This document shows, one piece after another, positions 7,101-14,654 of a stretch of DNA of 20,746 bases. This stretch comes from Nitrososphaerota archaeon. GTDB lineage: Archaea > Thermoproteota > Nitrososphaeria > Nitrososphaerales > UBA57. Under the pieces are notes generated by a model. The model did no database searches, was not told where the DNA came from, and saw nothing but the letters and a program-made list of their open reading frames with translations. Made by a program: the position numbers and the translations under genes. Within the stretch, counting starts at the first letter, position 1. Each line of letters begins with the position of its first letter. Where the stretch lies: positions 1-20,746 of the forward strand of contig PAVW01000017.1 in the NCBI GenBank assembly GCA_002713205.1, read 5' to 3'.

Positions 7101-8323
7101 TGTTGTTAAAATGTATAAATTGTTCATATACATACGATATTGATAAAATAATTTATTTATGTGAAAAATGTAATGATTTGTTAGAAGTAGTTTATGATTT
7201 GGATAAAATCGGAAATAAATTGGATTCTACTTGGAAAAACATTCCATTAAGTGTTTGGAAATATCAACCGTTATTGCCAATTGATACAAACATTGATAGA
7301 GTTACTTTATCAGAGGGCGGAACTCGACTTCATCGTTTGAATAAATTTTCAAGTTTCATTAACATTAAGAATTTATATGTTAAAAATGAAGGCGATAATC
7401 CTACTGGTTCCTTTAAGGATCGTGGAATGTCAATTACTGTTACAAAGGCCAAGAGTTTGGGGGCTTCCATTATTGCTTGTGCTTCCACTGGAAATACTTC
7501 TGCTTCACTTGCTGCTTATGGTGCACGTGGTGGCATGAAACGTATAGTTCTAATTCCTACGGGCAAAGTGGCATATGGAAAACTTTCTCAAGCTATGGTT
7601 TGCGGAGCTAAAGTTATTCAAATTGAATCGAATTTTGATAAATGTCTTGAAGTTATTATGGAATTATCGGCTAATTTCCCTGATATTTATTTAGTAAATT
7701 CAATTAATCCTTTTAGAATTGAAGGTCAAAAAACCTTAGCTTTTGAAATTATAGACCAATTGGGTCACGTTCCTGATTGTATAATTGTTCCTATTGGGAA
7801 TGCAGGTAATATTAGTGCTATTTGGAAAGGAATGAGAGAATTCTTAGAACTAGGACTTATTGATAAATTACCAAGAATGATTGGTGTTCAGGCAGAAGGT
7901 TCTTCACCCGTAGTTTCTGCTTTTAAAGCCAAAAAAATGGAAGCGACTAAAATATTGAAACCAGATACTATTGCTACTGCAATTCGAATAGGTGCCCCTG
8001 CTAGTTCAAAAAAAGCACTCCGTGCTATTTACGATTCGAAAGGCTATGCAGAACGAGTTAGTGACAAAGAAATACTTGAAGGACAAATGAATTTGGCCAA
8101 ACTTGAGGGTATATTCGTAGAACCTGCTAGTGCTTCTCCCATAGCGGCATTAAAAAAATTAATTCGTAAAGGGATAATATCATCTGATGATGAAGTCGTT
8201 TGCATTGCAACCGGAAACGGTTTAAAGGATCCTGATGTTGTTACTAATTTCTTAAAAAAACCTTTAGAAGTCAAAGCGGATTTAACTTCTATTAAAAATG
8301 TAATTGATGATGAGATGGAATAA
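7100..8323 (+). CDS. thrC: Threonine synthase (PLP-dependent) with N-terminal CxxC...CxxC zinc ribbon
   Basis: PLP-lysine motif GSFKDRG, plus GNAGN and ASTGNTSAS. N-terminal CINCS...CEKCN. The ATG overlaps the thrB TAA by 1 nt (TAATG). Confidence 0.9.
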   Translation: MLLKCINCSYTYDIDKIIYLCEKCNDLLEVVYDLDKIGNKLDSTWKNIPLSVWKYQPLLPIDTNIDRVTLSEGGTRLHRLNKFSSFINIKNLYVKNEGDNPTGSFKDRGMSITVTKAKSLGASIIACASTGNTSASLAAYGARGGMKRIVLIPTGKVAYGKLSQAMVCGAKVIQIESNFDKCLEVIMELSANFPDIYLVNSINPFRIEGQKTLAFEIIDQLGHVPDCIIVPIGNAGNISAIWKGMREFLELGLIDKLPRMIGVQAEGSSPVVSAFKAKKMEATKILKPDTIATAIRIGAPASSKKALRAIYDSKGYAERVSDKEILEGQMNLAKLEGIFVEPASASPIAALKKLIRKGIISSDDEVVCIATGNGLKDPDVVTNFLKKPLEVKADLTSIKNVIDDEME

Positions 8324-8324
8324 A

Positions 8325-8816
8325 CTATTTTTTTCTTTCATCTATTCTTATTTTATTTCTTAGTTCAGCTTCTTTGTATCTTCTTTTTTCTTCATCTGAT
8401 TCCGGTTTAATTCTAGGAACTGGTGTAGGACGACCAACGTCATCAATTGCCACTACAACAAGATAACATGTATTTGTATGAGTTATTTTTCCAGTTTTCA
8501 AATCTTCAGCTTCAATTCTTACTCCTACTTCTAATGATGTTCTTCCAACATAGTTAATTGATGATTTCAGAATTACTTTGTTTCCGATATATATCGGTGC
8601 AAAAAAATACATATTATCAATTAAAACTGTAACTATTGGTCTTCTACAATGTTTACTCGCTACCATTCCTGCAACTTCATCCATTAATTTCATTATTATC
8701 CCCCCATGTACTAGCCCAATTGGATTATTTTTATTAAACAAAAAATTACCTGCATGTTCCATTAACATTAAATGTGAAGATGTAATGGAAGATTCTTTTA
8801 CTGTTTTTTCTTGCAT
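8325..8816 (-). CDS. Hotdog-fold acyl-CoA thioesterase
   Basis: LVHGGIIMKLMDEVAGMVA and the overall ~160-aa layout match YciA/4HBT-type thioesterases. Confidence 0.7.
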   Translation of the reverse strand: MQEKTVKESSITSSHLMLMEHAGNFLFNKNNPIGLVHGGIIMKLMDEVAGMVASKHCRRPIVTVLIDNMYFFAPIYIGNKVILKSSINYVGRTSLEVGVRIEAEDLKTGKITHTNTCYLVVVAIDDVGRPTPVPRIKPESDEEKRRYKEAELRNKIRIDERKK

Positions 8817-8839
8817 TAAATTAAAAATCTTTTGATTAG

Positions 8840-8847
8840 TATATAAC
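8840..8847 (-). promoter_or_regulatory. Candidate TATA box (GTTATATA on minus) for the thioesterase gene
   Basis: It lies 24 nt upstream of the ATG at 8816, a spacing expected for a leaderless transcript. Confidence 0.35.
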
Positions 8848-8855
8848 TTGACTTA

Positions 8856-9647
8856 TTAAATTGCAGTATCATTTTCAACTGGTAAAATTCTTCGTGCTGT
8901 TGCTCTGCTAAATAATATGAATAAAACTCCTGGTAAATATTGAACAGGTGTTTCTTTAATGATTGTTTTAAATTTTAATCTGAAAGATGAACCAATATTA
9001 TGTTTTTTACTTTGTTGATATCCTATTCTTACTTTACGCAAATTTGATTTCATTTCAAAATCTTCATCATGAATTAAAAAACCATTCGTCTTTCCTTCAT
9101 TTTTTCCTACTCTAATTTTTTCATAAAGTGCTTGATCTTCGAAATGAAGTTTTTGTTGATCAAATCTGTTGTTACCAACAATGCTTCGTTTATAGAATCT
9201 AGGAATGCCTTCTTTTGAATGTAACCAATACAATGAACGTAAATGGTGGTATGATTTCTTAAGATATGAACCTGTAAATGAAAATTTTTCAGGTATAAGT
9301 AATAAATCATAACCGCTTTTTGTTTTGATTAAACATTCTTCAAGTAATTTTTTATTTGATGGAATTTGATCCGAGTCAAGGAATAATATAAAATCACCAT
9401 TTGCATTATCAAGTGCAATGTTTCTTTTTAATGAAATGTTATTTTTTTTTGCAATTAAAATATTAGAAAAATAAGGAAGATTTAGTTCTTTAACCCATTC
9501 AGAATTTTTATCGCAAATTAAAATCCATTCTTTTGGTTTTAACGTTTGTTCATTTAGATTTTTTCCAATCTCTTCTATCATATTATAATATTTTTTAAAT
9601 TTTCCATGTACGGGTGTATGTACGGGAGTTATAATACTAATGCTCAT
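8856..9647 (-). CDS. Family-2 (GT-A fold) glycosyltransferase
   Basis: ISIITPVH (beta-1) and KRNIALDNANGDFILFLDSDQ (the canonical RN...A.G.%%.F%D.D block). Confidence 0.8.
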   Translation of the reverse strand: MSISIITPVHTPVHGKFKKYYNMIEEIGKNLNEQTLKPKEWILICDKNSEWVKELNLPYFSNILIAKKNNISLKRNIALDNANGDFILFLDSDQIPSNKKLLEECLIKTKSGYDLLLIPEKFSFTGSYLKKSYHHLRSLYWLHSKEGIPRFYKRSIVGNNRFDQQKLHFEDQALYEKIRVGKNEGKTNGFLIHDEDFEMKSNLRKVRIGYQQSKKHNIGSSFRLKFKTIIKETPVQYLPGVLFILFSRATARRILPVENDTAI

Positions 9648-9934
9648 TTTTATTTTAATTCCACTGAGTTTTTGTTAGAATTATATTCACATTCTTGTTA
9701 TATAAAATAAATTAATTAAGGATTTCAATATTCTATTAATTTTTACTACGATTTAATTTATTTATTGTTTTATTCTAAAAGTTTCAAGATAAGAAGTTTT
9801 ATTTATTAATTCAAACAAGGATTATCAGTAATACTAGAAGTTTTACCACAGTGGCAAGTTTTACGTATTATAACAAAGCTTGTTTATAGATAATAATATC
9901 TATTTTTCATATTATTTTGAATCGTATGATATCA

Positions 9935-10000
9935 CATGTTATTCGCATATTCTCACATATTTTTACATATTCTCACATATTCTAGCATGTTATTGCATGG
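9935..10000. repeat. Helically phased CAT-decamer array bracketed by a 13/14-bp direct repeat
   Basis: Decamers start at 9946, 9956, 9966, 9976, 9986 and 9996: catattctca / catattttta / catattctca / catattctag / catgttattg / catggtgatt. The 15-mer catattctcacatat is perfect at 9946-9960 and 9966-9980. catgttatt(c)gcat occurs at 9935-9948 and 9986-9998. Confidence 0.85.
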
Positions 10001-10414
10001 TGATTGATTATTGATCTTGATTGTTTATTTTGATATATGGCTCTGCTAAATTATTTCTATTGATTTTTTTTGTTATTCTGAGAAATTTTTTCTAAATTGT
10101 TAAAAATTTATTGTTTTGAGAGTATTTTTAGCGTATTAAAAAAAATTGACAAAAATTATATTATGATAGTTACTTTATTTTTTTATTTTTTACTTACATT
10201 TGAATCTTTTATTTATTTAATTGGAATTTCTTACAGCTCGAATTCATAAACAGGTCAATTATAGTCTTTTTATCTACATAACTACCGGATAATTATGGTT
10301 TTTGATAATTCAACAACCTTTTTTTAGTGCAAAAATATTAAATAGAAGTGATTTAGCACTTAAATTTAGTTTGCGTATGAAAACAGGCTCTAACTGAACC
10401 ATTCATCCATAAGT

Positions 10415-10422
10415 CTTATATA
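10415..10422 (+). promoter_or_regulatory. Candidate TATA box (CTTATATA) for the large envelope-protein gene
   Basis: It lies 37 nt upstream of the ATG at 10459. The same octamer occurs upstream of the Lrp gene. The predicted short leader would include the AAGGAG at 10445-10450. Confidence 0.35.
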
Positions 10423-10444
10423 GCAAAACAAGTCAACTTCGTTT

Positions 10445-10450
10445 AAGGAG
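10445..10450 (+). promoter_or_regulatory. Shine-Dalgarno-like AAGGAG
   Basis: The aaggag ends 8 nt before the ATG at 10459. Confidence 0.45.
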
Positions 10451-10458
10451 TATATAGT

Positions 10459-13400
10459 ATGAACTATAATTTTAACTCAGAATGGCTTTTCTCAAAGCAA
10501 TTCAAAGCAGCGACAGTAACATTCTTACTAGCAGCTAGCATGCTCTTGTTTGCAGGAGTCGGTATGGCACCTCAAGCAGCAGCAGCTAACACAGGAACAC
10601 TCACACTCTCTCAAGGACAAATGTTCGGAAACATGACAGTGCAGATCACTGTAAATGATCCTGACATCAATGTTGCAGCGGTAAAAGATACCTACAATAT
10701 TGGTCCTATAATAACATGGACAAACACTTCAGGTGTTTACTACATTAATTCAACACAATCACTCGGTGGCTCATGGAATGCATATGCTACGGACGCATTA
10801 TATGTTGCACAGACATGCAGTATATCTAATGTAATGTACCGAGCAAATCTTACCGCGAGCGACAAATCTAACAATGCATCTCACGCAAGGTATCATCCAG
10901 GACACGCAGCAGCAGGTTCTGGTGCAAACGGTCTAACGCAGGGTTCATGTGCACGTTCGCACATTGAAAACTTCCACTTGGATCAAGGTGTACCTTCCAC
11001 ACGAACTTATGCAAACCACTCATATGATGGTGGTTCAGCAACAAAGTTATCAACAACTCACAGCATTGCAAATGACCCAATGATTCACATGTTTAACATA
11101 ACAAGAGGACACACAATAACAATCACGTACAAAGATGCGTCAGATTCAACAGGAACTTCAAAAGATGTCAGCGCTACTTTGCTTTACAAAGAGACCAAGC
11201 CAGTATTAGATAATAATGGGAAAACTGAAATTACCCCTCAAGAGCTACTCAATCTTAGAGTAACTCATATGGATAGGAATAATGACCCTACCAAGAAAGA
11301 TCACTTTAGTGTAAGTAACAATTCAGAAAGCTTACGACTAAGTATATCTAGTTCTTCAAATACAACATTGGCAAACCTTGTCAATAAGACTCTACTTTAT
11401 TCATGTACCATTCAAGGTATAGTAAGATCCACAGGAAAAGGCTGTCAATCTGATGGCTCATCCAATTGGCAATTGAACTTTACAGAAACAGGTATTAACA
11501 CAGGTATATTTGATCTATCCGTAGGAAGTGATAAGTTTAACATGAGTAACCTTCATGTTAACGACAGTTCTCACGCAACGGTCGTTACATCAGCAGCCGC
11601 ACTTAAGACAAATAAATTGGTGCGCGATGGTAGTACGCTGAAATCACTTTGGTCAAATGGAGATAAATTTAAGATCTCTATGAAGACTTATCCAAATACG
11701 GGTAACGAGTACAACGCTACGTCGTGTACTACTGCAAGAGGAAGCTCTAGCAATAGTAACGGGCACTGTACCAATGCAACTTCAGTAACCTTCACGATTA
11801 AAGAAACATCTAGCACATTAACGGCAAGTGCAACCACATTGAGCTTTAGTGACGATGTCACGTTCACTATGGAAGACTTTGATCAGAATAGTGATGCAAC
11901 TGTAAAAGACACTATTGCAACTGTTTATGCAGAAATTAACGACAGTTCTCCTATAACCGTAACGGCTAAGGAAAGCGCAGTTAATTCAAGTAGTTTCACA
12001 TTTACTGTTAGAGCGACAATTGGTACATACACCTCTGGTTGTAGTTTCAGTACTACATACAGTAGACTGACATGTACAATTGATCCGTCTCAGGCAAAGA
12101 GCACAGTTATTGATGTTACGTACACTGACCAACATACGGCAGCAGTGCGTTCACTTTCACTAACCTTTGTCACAACTGCAGCAACTGTAACAACTTCTGT
12201 CACATCGATAGATGAAAGCGCAACTAGTTTCAAGATCACATATGAGGATCCAGATTCTAATGATGCGTCAGCTACTGCAGAACAACTGTTATTCAATGCT
12301 ACGAATACAGTAGGTAGATGTGTCTGTATGGGTGGTGATAGCGATATACCTGGTATATACCATGGAACTGTTGTCAATAGAAAGAAGGTAGCTAACTTTA
12401 CCATTACAAAGATTAATGGTACAAACGGTTATCATGACTTGACAAACGCCTCTGGCCTCATTACTGAGACCGATAAAGATACAGGTATTTGGGAACTCAC
12501 TGTTACATTAGCATCATTGAGGACAAGCCTCGATGTTCGTGGTGGAACAGGTCCATTAGGACTCACTGCAGGTGACAAACTTGTTGTTTCAGTTAAAGAT
12601 CAATTTGATGCAACTACAACAAATATCACTATTACAATTGGTGGTACTATTGGTACACTTGCATGGGATCGTACGGACTTTCCAATAACTGTAGATCACG
12701 CATCAACAGGTCTTGCACGTAACCAAAGTAGAGTTAATGCAACTATAACACTAACAGATTCTGACAAGAACACAAATGCTAATGCCAAGGATAATGCAAC
12801 ATTACGACTCCGTATATTGAACGGAACTGGTAAAGTTGTTGGTAATACACGAGGCGGTAGTACAATTACAATTGCTTCAGCCGCATTAGGATACCTATCC
12901 TGGTATAATGTAACTGCACAAGAAACTGGCGTAGATACTGGAGTATTCACGTTTAAGATGGGAATCAACTGGGGTAATGCTAACGCTGATATACCTACAG
13001 TTATGAACTATTCTAAACCAACTCAATTGTACTATGCATTAGATACAATGAAAGACATGATTGGAGGATCAATCTGTGCTGAATGGCAAGATGGTGCTGC
13101 AACTAGCAATATTACAACAGCTCATAGTGGAGCAGGAGTAATAACTGGTAACGCGGCCAAGAAAGGAGTTAGCTCCTGTCTTGATATCACAGCACATGAT
13201 GCAACTATCTCAGCTAATATAACCACTGGTAAATTAGGCGATGTTTTGGAAGTAACCGCTACAGAACCTGATTATAACCGTGATGTAGCAGTGAAAGATA
13301 AACTCTACATGTTGATAATTGGTACAAACAAGCAGGACAAACCATCAGAAACAGATACAGCACAATATAACTTGACTGTAGCCTTAACTGAAACTGGCGT

Positions 13401-14640
13401 AAACACAGGCGTATTTGCCAAGAATATCACCTTAGAACCAGGTAAATCACCATTTGCCTCAACTTTGGCGGCTAATTCATACCTCAGATTCAGAATCAGA
13501 GACAATGCAACATCTAACAGCTTCTATTCTGGAGCTGGTCTAGCAAGAGCATCTGCAACACATGCAGTTACGGTGACATCAACAACCACCACTCTTGAAC
13601 TAACACCAGGTGATGCATCAGGTCCAGATGGTAAGGTCTATATCAAGCTTACTGACCCTGATTTGATGACAACTGCAGCAAGTAGTATGCAAATGACAAA
13701 GATAGTTTCCAATGGAACTGATGACGTAGAGAAACCCTATGCATCCAACGGAACTACTTCGACAGGTACATACTGGTTCGCTATTACGATGGCAAGATCA
13801 ACTGGATCGCCAACTAACGAAGATGGCACTCTACATGTCAATGGTACAGATATAGTATACTTCTACTATACTGATACTAAGGACGCTGCTGGAGTAATCC
13901 AAGTTATATCAGCCACGTTGAACATCAAGACAGAAGCTGGAGCAGTATCACTTGATAAAGTCAATTACTTAGTCGCTGAATTCGCAACGATTTCAGTAAC
14001 TGACCTTGACGCAAACACAAGTCCAGATACCAAGCAATCAATCACAGTCAAAGCAAGTACTGAAAGCTGGGAAGTCGGAACTACTATCACACTCCAAGAA
14101 ACTGGAGCTGATACCGATGTATTCACAGGCCAAGTAGAACTAATTGCAACCACCAAGGGCGTACCTAGTGGAGCACAAGTATCTGCATCAGTCGGCGATA
14201 CATTAACTATCAAGTACACAGACACACTCTGTGATGACTCGAAGAAATGTTACATATACGCAACTGCAAAAGTAGGCCAAGCCCTGTCAAAGACAGAGCA
14301 AGTACCAGCTGGAGATCCAGAAATAGTTGACACATCAGGTAATTTGATAGTAAGTCCAAATGTAGGAGATATCCTCATTATACAGGCATCAATTACCAAT
14401 GATGATGACGTAGCTCACACAATAACATTCTTGGTACAAATCAAGAATGCTGACGGCGAAATCGTCAACTTAGGTTGGGTAAGAGACATTGAACTTGCAG
14501 TAGACGAATCACAGACACCAGGAATGTCTTGGTTACCTGATTCAGCAGGAACATACACAGCAGAAGTATACGTATGGGACAGCCTAACATCGGCTGTAGC
14601 ACTATCACCAGTGAAGAGCACAAGCTTCACTGTTGGCTAG
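10459..14640 (+). CDS. Large secreted, acidic, heavily sequon-decorated multi-domain surface protein; probable S-layer lattice glycoprotein with no membrane anchor
   Basis: N-terminal signal (KAATVTFLLAASMLLFAGVGMAPQAAAA). About 37 N-x-S/T sequons by hand count. Thr/Ser/Ala/Asn-rich, with ~134 D+E versus ~95 K+R (hand count). Eight tandem beta-sandwich-like repeats plus a C-terminal CARDB/Ig-like domain (aa ~1290-1393). It ends ...STSFTVG with no TM segment or sorting signal. It is flanked by glycosylation genes. Confidence 0.75.
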   Translation: MNYNFNSEWLFSKQFKAATVTFLLAASMLLFAGVGMAPQAAAANTGTLTLSQGQMFGNMTVQITVNDPDINVAAVKDTYNIGPIITWTNTSGVYYINSTQSLGGSWNAYATDALYVAQTCSISNVMYRANLTASDKSNNASHARYHPGHAAAGSGANGLTQGSCARSHIENFHLDQGVPSTRTYANHSYDGGSATKLSTTHSIANDPMIHMFNITRGHTITITYKDASDSTGTSKDVSATLLYKETKPVLDNNGKTEITPQELLNLRVTHMDRNNDPTKKDHFSVSNNSESLRLSISSSSNTTLANLVNKTLLYSCTIQGIVRSTGKGCQSDGSSNWQLNFTETGINTGIFDLSVGSDKFNMSNLHVNDSSHATVVTSAAALKTNKLVRDGSTLKSLWSNGDKFKISMKTYPNTGNEYNATSCTTARGSSSNSNGHCTNATSVTFTIKETSSTLTASATTLSFSDDVTFTMEDFDQNSDATVKDTIATVYAEINDSSPITVTAKESAVNSSSFTFTVRATIGTYTSGCSFSTTYSRLTCTIDPSQAKSTVIDVTYTDQHTAAVRSLSLTFVTTAATVTTSVTSIDESATSFKITYEDPDSNDASATAEQLLFNATNTVGRCVCMGGDSDIPGIYHGTVVNRKKVANFTITKINGTNGYHDLTNASGLITETDKDTGIWELTVTLASLRTSLDVRGGTGPLGLTAGDKLVVSVKDQFDATTTNITITIGGTIGTLAWDRTDFPITVDHASTGLARNQSRVNATITLTDSDKNTNANAKDNATLRLRILNGTGKVVGNTRGGSTITIASAALGYLSWYNVTAQETGVDTGVFTFKMGINWGNANADIPTVMNYSKPTQLYYALDTMKDMIGGSICAEWQDGAATSNITTAHSGAGVITGNAAKKGVSSCLDITAHDATISANITTGKLGDVLEVTATEPDYNRDVAVKDKLYMLIIGTNKQDKPSETDTAQYNLTVALTETGVNTGVFAKNITLEPGKSPFASTLAANSYLRFRIRDNATSNSFYSGAGLARASATHAVTVTSTTTTLELTPGDASGPDGKVYIKLTDPDLMTTAASSMQMTKIVSNGTDDVEKPYASNGTTSTGTYWFAITMARSTGSPTNEDGTLHVNGTDIVYFYYTDTKDAAGVIQVISATLNIKTEAGAVSLDKVNYLVAEFATISVTDLDANTSPDTKQSITVKASTESWEVGTTITLQETGADTDVFTGQVELIATTKGVPSGAQVSASVGDTLTIKYTDTLCDDSKKCYIYATAKVGQALSKTEQVPAGDPEIVDTSGNLIVSPNVGDILIIQASITNDDDVAHTITFLVQIKNADGEIVNLGWVRDIELAVDESQTPGMSWLPDSAGTYTAEVYVWDSLTSAVALSPVKSTSFTVG
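10645..14223 (+). repeat. Eight divergent protein-level tandem domain repeats (116-205 aa each) inside the large surface protein
   Basis: A recurrent motif trio. (D/E)xDxNx(D/N)xxxKD starts at aa 67, 272, 473, 597, 767, 938, 1066 and 1182. (T/Q)ETGxxTGxF occurs at aa 342-351, 669-678, 821-830, 977-986 and 1213-1222. Closing strands are of type hxhxYxD (ITYKD, VTYTD, VSVKD, FRIRD, FYYTD, IKYTD). Confidence 0.7.
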
Positions 14641-14648
14641 GAGAGGAG
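14639..14648 (+). promoter_or_regulatory. Tandem Shine-Dalgarno (AGGAGAGGAG) overlapping the upstream stop codon
   Basis: In ctAGGAGAGGAGcattaaTTG, the first AGGAG shares its AG with the TAG stop (14638-14640). The second ends 6 nt before the TTG at 14655. Confidence 0.55.
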
Positions 14649-14654
14649 CATTAA

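Noticed and set aside
10146-10249. A bacterial-looking TTGACA...TATATT element followed by a 28-codon hydrophobic small ORF (10163-10249, MIVTLFFYFLLTFESFIYLIGISYSSNS). Other mini-ORFs in the spacer include 9926 and 9936 (19-23 codons through the decamer array) and 10377 (6 codons).
   Set aside because: The spacing between the two hexamers is far too short for a sigma70 promoter, and the host is archaeal. Phe/Leu/Ile-rich ORFs of this length are expected by chance in ~20% G+C DNA. There is no SD or TATA at a sensible distance.
10868-14630. Six antisense ORFs of 66-104 aa inside the large surface-protein gene (10868-11080, 12090-12404, 12696-12968, 13305-13505, 13965-14225, 14415-14630, all on the minus strand).
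   Set aside because: They are fully embedded opposite a strongly supported 1393-aa ORF and have odd, low-complexity translations. The locally higher G+C and codon bias of the sense gene deplete stop codons on the opposite strand, which explains them. They are shadow ORFs, not genes.
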